From Octopus sinensis (Eukaryota): a DNA stretch of 64,000 bases. Location: contig NC_043001.1 of NCBI RefSeq assembly GCF_006345805.1, positions 37,572,001 to 37,636,000 on the forward strand, given 5' to 3'. The notes beneath the pieces were generated by a model, which saw only the letters and a list, made by a program, of their open reading frames with translations, was not told the origin of the DNA and searched no databases. The translations under genes were made by a program, and so were the position numbers. This document shows, piece after piece, positions 39,807-52,800 of this stretch (the stretch's first letter is position 1; every line of letters begins with the position of its first letter).

Positions 39807-41432
39807 GCAAACAATCCTCTCCTCAAATCAGGGGGTCTTGTCTTGTAAGTTGCTTGGTAACTTCACTAGTGCTGGTGACATGTAAAAAGCACTTAGTACA
39901 TTCTGTAAAGTGGCTGGCATTAGGAAGGACATCCAGTTGTAGAAAGCATGCCAAAACAGACAGAAGAGCTTGGCCCAGTCCCCTGGTTGCCAGCTCTTCA
40001 AACTGGCCAACATGGAAAATAGATGCTAAATGATGATGATAATGATGGTGATAATATGTATATAAATGTGTGTGTGTGTGTGTGAGAAAGAGAGAGAGAA
40101 TTCAGTGTGATTTAAATTACATGACAAATAGCAAGTATTTAGAACTTCATGTGATTTGTTAATTACTGAAAAATAAAAGTACAAGGTGGACTTGTATTAG
40201 AGTGTAAATTTTACTGATTGGTCATCAAAGTTAGCTTGGTCACAGTGTACATAAAGAAAAAGCAAAAACAAAATAGGATAGTTTCTTCATAAATTACTTG
40301 GTTACATCATCTTTCACATGTTTCATTAACAATGAAACAATATCGGTTATATAAGGAAAGTCTTATAAGCAGATTATATTGTCAAATCTTGAAGTTGCAT
40401 AATAATCATTATTAATTTTTAGGATTTACATTGGATTTCAAACAGAGTTATGGTATCAACAACATGGCCACTGATACCACAATTCTGTTGATAGTTGTAA
40501 ATGCAAGTGCCACCCTCATACAAGTGGTGTCGTTTTTTTCCAATCTTCTCTGAAAACATGTCTGGTCATGAAGAAATATGACCTTATTTGTGAGGATTGG
40601 CAGCAAGAAGGCTATCTGATAGTAGAATTTCTGCCTCAGCAATTTCTGACTGACCCGTGCAAGCAAGAAAGTATGGATGTTAAAATGATGATCACACACA
40701 CACACACACACACACACACTCGTGCATGCATATATGTGCATATGTATACACACATATAAATATATATTTATAGATAAATATTTTCCCATGCTGGCATATA
40801 CCATATTGCCATTAATCAATTGTCTTTCATTATCTTGACCAATATCCTAAGATCTAATCTCATGGCTTCCTTTCATACATTAATCATTCTTGTTTTACCA
40901 CAACATTTTAACTAACACTAATTCTTCATTCTCATCAATTTTGCATACTATTTTTCACCACAAACAACAAGGGTGTATTTTGCTTATAATACAAGAATGC
41001 ATTTGTTCATAACTAAAATGATTAACTCACAACAGCTATTTTACTTAGCTCTAAATAGGTATCACAGAGTGGTACAGTTCACTGTAGAAGGCAGCAGCAT
41101 TGCAAAAAACTAATGGAGGTTTCTTTATTTACATCAAATTAATAATACTTATTTGAGACATTCCTGTAGTCCAGGAAACTACAGTCATTTCTTTATCTAT
41201 TGAATTTTTACATGTTTTTCATTAGCAACCATGATATCCCAACAAACAACTTGGGTTATGAAACCAACAATCATTGCCACATCAGACAAACTTTCGCCTC
41301 AGATATCCAAAATATACATATATAACTGTTATGTAATATGTATTACACACACTCACACACAAACAGAATGGTAAATAGAAACACAAAAATATGTAAAATA
41401 TTATGTATGATTGCAAAAGTATTGTTACTTAC

Positions 41433-41985
41433 TAAATAACATTTCATGAAATAAAAGTTTTCCCAGAACAAGTCCGGAAATGATCCCACACATCCATAAA
41501 ATAAACTTGAGTTTTGTCAACCTGTTCCTTGGGTATTTTGTGAAGAGAAATGAAAAATCATTTCCTATAACTGGCACATGACTCTCTTTGACACTGTGAG
41601 CAACTGGATCCTCAGCATAAACAAGAAAGTTAGCAATGACCACCAGGTATGCAACAGCCAACCGGCTGTAGGGATGTTGGAAAAAATAACGTGCATCTCT
41701 TTCCATAAATAAAGAGTAGACACTGGCAGCATCTGTCTGGTCAGGATCTTGTGTGGAGACTGCAGGCGTTGAAACTCTTGAAGTATCGCCAATGTCTGTG
41801 GAATCTTCAGCCAATAACACTCTCCCAGCAGATATATTGGTACCAGCATCCCCATTATTTACTAATTCACTGACTGGGACATTGCTCTTTTCTTCCACAC
41901 TGGTATCATTTAACACAATTTCATTTAGTTCTTGATAGCCATTACAATTTTCCGATTCCATGTCAATTGAATGTTCCATAATCAT
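41433..41985 (-). CDS. TMEM117: TMEM117 orthologue, coding exon 1
   Basis: Encodes MERDARYFFQHPYSRLAVAYLVVIANFLVYAEDPVAHS...LGKLLFHEMLF, matching the recalled vertebrate TMEM117 N-terminus (MGKDFRYYFQHPWSRMIVAYLVIFFNFLIFAEDPVSHS). First in-frame ATG at 41985 follows an in-frame TAA; the ATG aligning with the vertebrate start is 41706. Acceptor ttttgcag| puts the exon start at 42058; donor A|gtaagt after 41433 (phase 1). Confidence 0.93.
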
Positions 41986-41996
41986 CAAGGTAGCAC

Positions 41997-42037
41997 CTAC
42001 ATTGCAGACATTTTCACACAACAAAACCGTAAAGCAT
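41997..42037 (-). promoter_or_regulatory. two short upstream ORFs in the TMEM117 5' UTR (MLYGFVV*, MSAM*)
   Basis: ATG 42037 to TGA 42014 and ATG 42011 to TAG 41997, between the acceptor (42058) and the main ATG (41985). Confidence 0.5.
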
Positions 42038-42401
42038 TATAATTTATCTGGCAATTTCCTGCAAAATATTAATATAAAATAAAAATTTTAAAAAAAGAGA
42101 GATTTATGTGCATGTATATATGCATATCATTTACAGACATGTATGTATGTATGTATGTATGTATTTATATATGTGTGTGTACATAAGAATTTTTTGCGTA
42201 ATGAGATAAAAAACCAAAGCTGTGTAGATATTAGAACATTTATAGATAGAAGGTCTTACAGTTGTTTCCAGGATATTTATTAATTATATCCCTTAAGTGT
42301 AGTGAATTCACCTTATAGCAGTTGAAATATGTTATAAACATATTTTAACTAACCTAAACTTTGGTTATGCCCAAACACTGCTTGGTGCTAACATTATGGT
42401 A

Positions 42402-42450
<49 letters not shown>

Positions 42451-42494
42451 CAAATACGGTATATGTGTGTGCATGTGGGTTATTTGTTGGTGTG

Positions 42495-42571
<77 letters not shown>

Positions 42572-43616
42572 TGTATATAGATTTGAGTTATGAAAAAATA
42601 CTCAATACTTGATGGGAAGTATTATATATTGTAATTTTATTAACTATTGTAGCCATTACTCAGAGTAATGTGTGTTTATATATTCTCATATAGATATATA
42701 TTCTCATATAGATATTAAGCAGAATGCATCTGTAAGCAACAATCAACAATTAAGCAACAAAATATAACAGACTAAATGCATATTCATTTTATAACTCAAA
42801 TTAATCAAGTATCAGTTATAAAAGATATAACTTAACCATTTAACCAGAGTAGAAACAGCTGCATTCCTTCTTTTAAGAAGGGACACTCAATGATGTCACA
42901 TGACCCAGTGAGTCACTCCACCTTACTCGGTCTGCTAGAAAATAGCAGCCAAATCACACTGAAATCACAACTTACCAACTTCAAAAAAGAAATTACGTTT
43001 TAGATAATGTAATTCTAGATAAATTATATCTGCATGATTGTAAAAAAGAAATGGGTGGACACAGCTGGAAAACTTTTCTTCATAAATCTGTTCAATTAGA
43101 GTAAACAGCAACATGAGGCTTGCTATGTTTTACTATATTTTACTCTCATATTCATCATCATCATCGTTATCGTTTAGCGTCCGCTTTCCATGCTAGCATG
43201 GGTTGGGCGGTTCAACTGGGGTCTGGGAAGCCAGAAGGCTGCACCAGGCCCAGTTTGATCTGGCAATGTTTCTACGGCTGGATGCCCTTCCTAACGCCAA
43301 CCACTCCATGAGTGTAGGTTATAAATATTTTGCGTGTAACACCAAGGAATTACCACAATGTAAACATGACAAAATTCACCAGAATTTGAATAACTTAGCT
43401 TTGGTAAACTTAGGTATTTCCACTATCTAGCATTAGGCAACATCCCATTTTGATGTGGCATGTAAATGAGAATAAATCATAAAGCAAATTTTATGAATAA
43501 ACTAGCATTAAAGACCTGTCGTTGCCGGGTCATAGTGCTAGTGCATGTATATATGTGTATATATATGTGGACATATTACATGTACATTTATATATATACA
43601 TCTACACATAAAATAC

Positions 43617-44638
43617 TGATACGAGGTCAGTTGAAAAAAAAAGTGCTATGACCCAGTTTTGTGGTTTGGTGCCAGCTTGACTAGGGAGACAGGTTATTGG
43701 CCTTTGTCCTGTCATTTTTGTAGGGAAATTAATGAGTTTGGAAGAGACATCTGACCCTTTCCGGTCAGGGAAAGTTTAACAAAAAAATAAATCTACCACC
43801 CTTTAAAATGCGACGAGCTGGGTTTGTTGGTCAGTTGGCATCAGGGCAGTTGGCGAGAGAGAGTTGGTCTGGGTTGGTCAGTTTTGCCTGAGAGTCAGTT
43901 GGCTAGAGGTGCAGTCTGGAGGGGCAACAACAGGGATGACAAGCGTGGCGAGAAAGACAGATACAGAGGATTGAGGACTTGTCAATAGAGAGGAGGTGAG
44001 GCAGATTACAGCGAGAAGGCATGGCTATTGTAGCAGGAGTTTGAAATGAACGAGGAAACATGCGGTATGTTTTGTTTATGTTTTTGATGTGAAATGTAAA
44101 AGAAATGAGATTATGACGTAAATTGCGAACTGTGTTGAAAAAAAAAGAATTGTTGAAGAGAAAAGGAATTGTGACAAAAAAAAAGAGAAGGAAAAGAGGA
44201 AGAAAAAAAGGAAAAGAACATTGTGTTAAAGAAAGAGAAAGAAGGAAAGAGAAAGACTTTGATTTGAACTGTTTCGAACTGTTTTGCGTTGAACATTAAT
44301 GTTTTGATTGTTTTGGACGTTTTGTATCGTGCATGCCTTTGTTGTTTTTCTTTTTAAATCTGTTGCATGTTATTTTCTTTAATGTATCTGATATGCATTA
44401 CGTGTTATTTGATGTTGTAATAATTGCATAAACTGTTCCTAAATGTAAGCAATTGCCTTCCGCCGTCTCTCTCTCTTCCTGTTGTTGTTGTTATCTCTGG
44501 TCGCCGGTTCGAGTTCGCTGCCATCCCCACCACCGTTTTCTCTCTGTGGTGGATTCCGTTCGACTGAGCCTGGTCAATCGTCGTCGCTCGACTTAGTAGG
44601 GTCCCGGGTTCGAGTTGAGTAACAGCAGGTTCGTAACA
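43617..44638 (+). mobile_element. putative solo LTR (1022 bp)
   Basis: TG...CA termini with 7/8 inverted match (TGATACGA / TCGTAACA), flanked by a 4-bp direct repeat ATAC (43613-43616, 44639-44642). CpG-rich; TTTAAAA at 43802 and Inr-like TCAGTT at 43831. Confidence 0.7.
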
Positions 44639-45339
44639 ATACAAAATACAAAGTTATATTTTGATATCACTAGTGATAACAATACTCAAAATATATAACA
44701 GACTGGAATTTTAGCCCGTCTCTTGTAATTTCGATCAATTGTATCTTGTCCTCCCTCTTGTATAGAAGTGTGGCTACAATCCAGCCTACCTCTACTTAGG
44801 GGGGGGGGGCATTAAAAATTTTTTTCCAGGACGTCCTACGTCCCAGATATAAAGGTAAAAATAAAATATTTCCACTTTGCAAATTCAAGTCAAGTACTCC
44901 CTTGCACGCTTCGTTGACTCGAACCTTGCTTCTATTGTGGCGAATTTACCTTTCATAGTCGCACCAAGACACTTTTCGAAGGTGCTTTCCTCTATGTGTT
45001 CAAATCTTTTTTCTCTACATTGTATACTTTATAGACAATAGTCTTTTCTTTAATTTAATTTTTTATTATCCATCTGGACTATTCCATTTCTGCACGCTAA
45101 TTTTATTTTTAATTTAATCCCATTCATGTGAAACCACTTATTCAAGTTCAAGTCATTGATGCAATTTTATACCAATTGCTATTTTTACTTTAGTTTGATT
45201 TTAATTATTACTTACTACATATAATTCAATTGTTATTATTATTTTTATTGTTAAAGTGAAAATATCTGACATAAAATAGAGAAATGTTTTTGTTTCACTT
45301 TTAACACATAATACTGAAATAGTGGAGAAGATAGCTCAG

Positions 45340-46620
45340 AGTCATTTAATTGACACACTGCAGCTACTCCTTGCTTTGATTCTTCTGGCTCCCCTAACCA
45401 GGCCTTTTTACCCTGGTTAGAGCATCTACCTTGTTTCTCTCTGAAGGCACAAAGACCACATTCAGTTTCAGGCTGAACTGGCTAATCAGCTCTCCTAGAA
45501 CCTCTAGGTGGCACTTCACTAACATTTCTGCAGCCCCTTTGGTTCGCACCCACTTCTTATCGGTGATCACGATCCTACCCAACCAAGCACGGTGGCTGAA
45601 TCCACTTCAAGGTCAAATTCAATCCTTTCAGCACTACATCCAACTCAGTGACATTGATGTGGTTGTAGTCATCTGCTTTTTGAAGCCAGGCTGCATCCTC
45701 CACTTTGGCACCTCCAATTTCCAACACAACTCCTATCGTGATGCTGCTAGCATCACACCATATGGTCCCGTTATCCAATTTGGGCACATGCCAATTCCCT
45801 CTGACTGGGTTTTCCACTCTCGTCTCCTCTAGGATTTCCTACATCATTGCCACTGTCCCCTCTCCCACCTTGTCACCCCAGTTCTCCCCTTCTGCTTGTC
45901 TCTTGGTGTAACGTCATGATGTACACAGCCACCCTGTGATTGGGTAGTGACCTACTAATTTCCCGCACATCATGAACAGTTCTTTCCTGCTGACGTTGGT
46001 ACCCAGCTCCAGAATCTCATTCCACCTCCGAATAACCAACACACCTGTTCAGTCTCTTTGAAGCTTAAGCCCCAGTTCAGTTCCTCCAGCCATTGGCTCT
46101 GGTGGCTTCACAATCAGCCTGAATTTCTTCAGATGTCTCACAATCTCTGTGGCAGGCACTACAGTCTCATCCACTAAGATGTCATCTATATAGGAATTGG
46201 TGACCCTTCTTATCCTATCCACCTTTCCCAAGATGAATTTGAGCACTGTCGCCATGATCTTTGGTGCAGAATTCAGCCCAAAACCCAGTCTTGTCAGACA
46301 ATATGTTCGGCCCTTGTATCACGCCAGATGGTACTTCCACAGTTTGTCGCTCACATGGAGCTGCAAATATGCTGACTTCAAGTTGTCACTGCCTTCCTCT
46401 CTCATCAGTGCCTGTCTAGCAGTAATTTCTCCGATGGTCTTGCCCTACCCCTGTCAACCAGTGTAAGCAGCTGCTTTCTGACCAACCCAAAGCGAATTTC
46501 CCGACGTCCATTCATGATGCCTCTGATGGGCAAAAAGAGGCTTGCCCGGGTAGGAAGTAGGGAGAGAGGCAAGCTTCTCTCCCTACTTCCTACCCAGCGC
46601 TTCCTCTTCCGGTCAGTCCC
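45340..46620 (-). mobile_element. decayed LTR-class retrotransposon pol fragment (RT + RNase H)
   Basis: LKSAYLQ..TYCLTRLGFGLNSAPKIM, SYIDDILV, RNase H WCDASS...HINVTELDVVLKG and VFVPSERNKVDALTR. Gypsy versus DIRS-like affinity is not resolved. Confidence 0.8.
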
Positions 46621-47589
46621 TTAACCATTGACATCATGACTCTCTTCTTAAAGCTCATCCCTGCAATACTGTAAAGCATTCTTTTCCAAATGCTCAAATG
46701 ATTCTGTCAACAACCAATTTTCTATTTCAATATAATAAATGTTCAACAACCAAAGTCACATTGATTCAGATTAAATGTTCAACTACCAAAGTGAACTTCA
46801 CTCATGTAGATATAGTAAAAGTATCCAAAAGCTAATTGTAATCCATGCACATTTTTGCTAGATATATCTAGTGAAGGGTATTGCATCCTCAAAAAACAAA
46901 AATATGTTCATATAACATGGAGCTAGACACAAATATAACTTCAGAGTAACAATGATGTTATTATTTTAAACATATTTAAATGAAATGTTATATAACAACC
47001 ACCCGCTGAACAATGAATAAGTTTGTAGTGTAGTCTGAAATCTCCTAATTACACTACACTTATTGATCCTAATTATATTGTACTAATGAAAATGATTCAG
47101 AATATTAGTTTGAAGTTGGTAACTGCTCTGAAGCTTCTGTGAGAAGGGGATTTATGAGAACATTTGATGAGATAAGCAGGGAAAAAAGGAAAAAAAAAAG
47201 CATAAGAGTTATACTGCATTAAAAATAAAATACAGTAGATTTTTTAAAGTAAAATCTACTGCAGACTACAGTATGTTTTTGAAGTAAAATAATGTTATAT
47301 ACTTTTTAGTTATGACGTTATTGTTTATCAAGTGGTTCTCAAGTCAATATATAGAAGTAGAAAAATGATGAGCTGGCAGAATCATTAGCTTGCCAGCCAA
47401 AATGCTTAGTGGCATTTCAGCCACCTTTATGTTTTGATCACCAAGGTCAAGTTTGTCTTTCATCCTTTTGAGATCAATAAAGTAAGTACCAGTTGAACAC
47501 TGGGGTCAATGTAATTGTCTTATCCCCTCCCTGAAATTGCTAGTTTTGTGTCAAAATTTGAAACTAATATATGGAGCTGTTATAACCGA

Positions 47590-47860
47590 ATCACTACCAG
47601 AACTAGAGAAGTTTCAGGTGTGGTAGTAAGGTCTAGAATTGAAGGACCTTAGAGTTAACCTAGCAAAAACCAAAGTTTTAGTAAGTAGGAAGGCAGAGAA
47701 ATCACAAATCCCTTCAGGTAGATGGCCCAGCTCAATCTGTATAAAAGGCGTAGGTAGAAATTCCATAAGATGTACCTAGTGTAAGCTGTGGACACTTAAG
47801 AGGTGCAGCAACATCAAGGAAAGTTAACCGGAAAGATAGGTGCACAGGTACAATAAACAC
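47590..47860 (+). mobile_element. RTE-type LINE ORF fragment
   Basis: Translates as ..GLELKDLRVNLAKTKVLVS..SGRWPSSICIKGVGRNSIRCT*CKLWTLKRCS, a post-RT region with a Cys cluster typical of RTE-type LINEs. Confidence 0.7.
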
Positions 47861-49912
47861 CAAAAATTGAAAGCTTCACATGAATGAGAAATAAAAACAA
47901 AGAAGCAAGTGAATTTTATGTTCACGATTGTAATTGATTTCACTGTTAACTAGGTTTTTTTTTTATAATTGCTCATTTTGCATTTGCACTTTTATATTTT
48001 TATATCTTATATTTTTAAAGTTCAGTTTGTTCACGCACAATACTGTATGTGGTTCAGTTAAAAAAATTAGTTATTAGAAAATCAATTTTTCATCTTCTTA
48101 TATGATATTACTTGTATAAGAGTGTAAAAATTAATCAAACATTCCCAAGGGGTATGAGGCATAGAAAACACTGGAAACCACTGCCAAAGAGCCTCCTTTG
48201 TTTCAAGACTTTTACACAAATGAATATATTGTCTTTCCCTTTTATCCCTCATACTTCATACAGTAGCCTTGAATTTAATTAGATTTATCATGTTTTCCAA
48301 TGGTTGTATGTTATGCAGATTTCACAGCTATACACCCTTCTGGGAGGCTACTACCTAAATTGCTTTGGACGAAGTATGCAAGTTGAAACTTTAAAAAATG
48401 AAAATGTTAAAAAACTAAATTTATACAAAAAAGAAATTTATTTGTATAAATTATTTCCAAATAATGGTATTTTGGGTGCCAATTTCATATATTATTATCA
48501 TAGGAAAAAAAAATGAATTCTATCTGTTAATAACTTCATTACCCAGTGATAGCTGAATGTGATTATTGAAGCCAACAGTTCTGTATTATTGCAAATTATC
48601 ACCACCTAGAAGTGCTATAAGATGTTAAATATCATCTGCAAATTATCCTGGGGGAAGGATGATAACATTTTTGCAGTGTCTCCACATCTGAGGTAAATGA
48701 AATGTCACCAGTCAAGTATTCTTTCAAAAAATGAGATAATAATTAGAATGAGTCCATAGAATTTAATCTTAAAATTTCAAAACTTTGAAGATAAAGGTTT
48801 CAGTAAAATGCACAGTAAAAATATTTTAAGGAACGGTAAATGATAAAATTAGCTTCCTTCAGTGATCTTATGTAGCTATAACTACATGCCTTCTACTAAC
48901 AAAATACAGAACTGAAATACTAACATGTTTTAACACTTTGTTTCCTACTTTTCAATATCTCTGACTTAGTTTCTGATCACAAATTTAATTTACTTGTGCT
49001 TTTGAGGGAATTTCAAAAAGAAAGAAAATTAAGAATTAACATTTCATCCTTTAAAATGGTTTTGTGGAGAGAGAAAAGAAAGGAAAAGCACCATGCCATT
49101 TCTGTGCAACATTTCTGTTTGAGAATACAGCAACTGTAAAGTTAACAAAACTAAAAATTTAATTATATTTTCTATTTGAAAGAAAATACTTTTGGCAAAT
49201 ATGAGTGTAATTTGAAAATAGAATTGAATGAAAGACTAATTTTGACAGCAGTCTAAAGCAATATCTTTTTAACAAAATTGAAGCTATACTTGCAGTTAAT
49301 GTCTAACATCAATAATCTCAAAACAAAATACATTTTAAAATACAATCTGGAAGCATATAAGCTTAGAAGTTCATTAAACTTGCTTAAAGCTAAAACAACT
49401 TGTAATCACCAGCCAGTTAGGGAAGCTGAGTGAATGAGTAAGAATATTTATAGTATGCTGTAAATGCCTAAAATTAGAAAAACTAGAAAATAGTCCAGTA
49501 AAGATATGTTCTTCAACTGAAGATTTCAAAGACTGGTGAACAATATAAGTGACTTTAGAAATAAAAGAGTGGAAATCACAGGAAAACCTGCTTTGCAATG
49601 CATTTCAGAACATATCAATTGAGTTTAAACATTTAGAAATAAAAAAGGAGGGCATTAGAAATCTTTAGGGCTTAGAAGAAGCTCTGTTACCAGATCTAAT
49701 GTTCAAAACTGAAGTTATGATAAGAATATGTAAGAATAAGTCCTTGATATGAAGTGAATAATAAAAAAACCAAAGGGAAAAGTGTCATAAAGAATGTCAA
49801 TATGAACTTATTAAAGATTTACATCTCACATCCACTACAGGGCTGCTAGTATGCATGTGTGTGTGTGTGTGTGCATGTATGTGTGTGTGTGCAGGTAGAT
49901 AGATATACATAA

Positions 49913-49942
<30 letters not shown>

Positions 49943-49944
<2 letters not shown>

Positions 49945-50080
49945 TAGAAGGTTTGGAGATGATGGACAGGTATTTTATATTAGAAGAAATGAGGTACTCA
50001 GAAATTCGGATGGTTTTATATTTACTTCTCTAAATATATAACCATCCGAATTTCTGAATACCTCATTTCTTATAATATAT
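49943..50080. mobile_element. (TA)n-flanked palindromic mini-element, second copy of the 24991 family
   Basis: attagaaggtttggagatgatggacaggtattttatattagaagaaatgaggtactcagaaattcggatgg is a near reverse complement of 25176-25240 and folds back on 50035-50076. Confidence 0.8.
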
Positions 50081-50099
50081 ATATATATATCAATCAAAA

Positions 50100-50668
50100 G
50101 CAAAATCAAAATTAAATCAAAATCAAATTCGATGACTGGCGTCCATGCTAGCAGGGTGCAAAGAGCACCATACGAGCATGATCATTGACAGAACGGCTAA
50201 CCGGCTTCTGTGCCAGTGGCACTTAAAGGGCACCATTTGAGCGTAATCGTTACCAGCGTCGCCTTACTGGCACTTGTGCCTGTGCTAGTAGGGTGCCAAG
50301 AGCACCATCCGAGTGTGATCATTGCCAGAGCAGCCAACTGGCATGTAAAAGGGCACCATTCAAGTGTGATCATTACCAATGTCGCCTTACTGGGACCTGT
50401 GCTGGTGGCATGTGTAAAAGGATTCGAGCGAGGTCATTGCTAGTACTGCCTGACTGACCCCTGTGCCGGTGGCATGTAAAATGCACCCACTACACTCTCA
50501 GAGTGGTTGGCGTTAGGAAGGGCATCCAGCTGTAGAAACTCTGCCAAATCAAGATTGGAGCCTGGTGCAGCCATCTGGTTCACCAGCCCTCAGTCAAAAT
50601 CATCCAACCCATGCTAGCATGGAAAGCGGACGTTAAACGATGATGATGATGATGATGATGATGATGAT
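50100..50668 (+). mobile_element. SINE/retroposon with internal ~130-bp tandem duplication and (GAT)n tail
   Basis: 3' block gagtggttggcgttaggaagggcatccagctgtagaaa...ccatgctagcatggaaagcggacgttaaacgatgatg. Family copies at ~690-958(+), ~39000-39230(-), ~39830-40050(+), ~43150-43310(-), ~53690-54050(+) and ~57625-58010(-). Confidence 0.8.
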
Positions 50669-50828
50669 ATATAAAAGATTAGAAATTTATTTATTCATTA
50701 TATATTGTTTATTCATTTTTGTACTTTTTGTGATCTAGTTATATGTTTTAAAATATACTTTATTTTTCTATTTATGATTTGGTTTATGTCTATCATTGTT
50801 TGAATTGCATAATAGTGGTTTTTCTCTA

Positions 50829-50861
<33 letters not shown>

Positions 50862-50867
<6 letters not shown>

Positions 50868-51150
50868 AATCAGAGGGGTGATCACTATGTGGACAACCCT
50901 TATGCTAGAAGTAGATCTGGTATGGTCTTACCATTAAGAAATGTTCTCAAGAAAAATTTAGCAAATACCAGAACGTAAGCGGATCTACTTCTAGCATAAG
51001 GGTTGTCCACATAGTGGTCATCCCTCTCATTTGTATATAATGCAGTTTACTGAACTTTCAGATTTTATATGCTAGACCACTGGTGTTAAATTGATGTTAA
51101 TTTAATTAAATTAATATCCAATTTCTTACCCTCATTTCAAATTTATATAT
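50862..51150. mobile_element. (TA)n-flanked palindromic mini-element related to the ends of the 26593-27030 element
   Basis: Arms of about 57 bp (50862-50918 / 50981-51038). The arm resembles 26971-27028 and 51110-51145 resembles the reverse complement of 26593-26630. Confidence 0.7.
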
Positions 51151-51157
51151 ATATATA

Positions 51158-51470
51158 TTGGGTCATCCCATAAATGATGCAGTTTTTCATTTGCATGAAG
51201 TAAAGGTCGGAGGGGGATGGGATAAAATACCTGCATCAACTTGCTATAAGTAGGTAGTAATTTTATCTTGTCCTTATTCTTAGTACAAGTTTTGAAGAGT
51301 GCAGTTCGATTTTAGCAGTTATTTTTTTCAAAGCTATAATGGAAGTGACAAAGGAGAATATTTTGCTTTATGAGTTCAATAAAGGCAACAGCCTAGAAGA
51401 CAAGCCTTGTCCTAGAAGATCTGTAGAGCTCGACAAGGATGTCCTGCAAACACTGGTGGAACAAAATTCC
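51158..51470 (+). mobile_element. mariner 5' fragment
   Basis: tattgggtcatcccataa TIR-like start; MEVTKENILLYEFNKGN..LEDKPCPRRSVELDKDVLQTLVEQN resembles a mariner transposase N-terminus. Confidence 0.65.
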
Positions 51471-51899
51471 TTCATTAAATGTTTTTAAAAATATTTCCAT
51501 AGTTTTCAAATGCAAGGGACATTTTCCTTTTTTCTGTCTGTCTCCGTCGCTCTTTTTTTACTCATGTGAGGTCTTGGTAGCAGGTGGCAGCAGTCTTATT
51601 ATTTGATATGAGTTCTTAGTTTTGATTGTTTAAGCAGCAGTAGTAGCTGAGAAAGGAGGCAGAGGAGGAGGAGCAGAAGAAGAAAAAGAAGAAGAAGAAG
51701 AAGAAGAAGAAGAAGAGCGAGTAGAAAAAGAAGAGAAAGAATGATAGAAATGCGGGAGTGGTATGACAGTGGTAGGATGTTGGTAGAATCCTTTTAAATG
51801 GTCAAGTGACCTAAAAGTAACCCGTTGTAGTTGTAATAGTAGTGATTGGAATTGTTCTAAATAAATTTATGGGTAGTGACTGTTATGAATATATTGTTT

Positions 51900-52800
51900 T
51901 TAATATTTGCATGGGTATTAATCTAAGGCCCTTGTAATAGCGTCATTTGTGGTAGATGCATTTAAAAGGGGTTTATATTTTGTGATAAAATATGACTCTT
52001 TACTAATGCGCTGACTACCAGTTATATCGTCCCTGAATTCTGGAGCTGGGTTGTTTGTTAATGTGTATGCTGAATGCGCTTTTTCTGTATTCCCAAATGT
52101 AGAGCCATCCTTTAATGTAGACTGTTTTTGGTTTGGCCTATGTATTGCTCTCGACACCCAGAACAAGTTAATACATATATTAGGTTCTCTGAAGCACATG
52201 TGAAGTTGTTTTTTACTGTAAAACATTGAGTCTGTTTGAATGAAAACTCTGATCCCTCAAGTAGGTTGACACATATACCACAGCTAAGTCTTCAGTATTT
52301 TTTTACTGACAGCTTCAGTGTTGTCGAGTGTACTTGGGCTTTTGTTAGGAGACTTTTAATAGATTTGGGTTGTCTTTTGCTCTTTATGATGGTGTGCGTT
52401 TGGAGGATGAAATTATTCTGTGGTCCCTTTTTAGGAGGGGAATGTTCTGGAGGATGGTATCGAAGGCTTCATTGTTAAGAGGGTTGTGTGTGGAGATGAA
52501 TGGTAGGGCTTTTGGTTGTAAATCCTTCTTTAATTTGGGATGCCTGAGTTTGTGAATGTTGAGTTGTAGGGCACATTGAAAGCATATATCAATTAGTGAT
52601 GGTAATGAGTGTATCCTTTAATTCATGTAGTCATGTGTCCCTGGTGCTTGTATTAGAAACTATAGTACAAATCCTTTTTGCTAGGTTGAAAGGGATATTC
52701 ATTCTAGTGTATTTGGTGTGGCATGAGTTGAACAGTAGATATTGATTTGGAGTCCATGGGATTATAGTATATATGTTTCTATTTCGTTGGTTTGGTCATG
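51900..52800 (-). mobile_element. decayed Penelope-like element 3' part (RT thumb + GIY-YIG)
   Basis: QYLLFNSCHTKYTRMNIPFNLAKRICTI (~52660-52750, frameshifted) and the endonuclease end KESYFITKYKPLLN. Confidence 0.7.

Noticed and set aside
50150-50480. Regularly spaced repeats superficially like a CRISPR array (also 57830-58005)
   Set aside because: Internal tandem duplications of a eukaryotic SINE; the intervening sequences are homologous and there are no cas genes.
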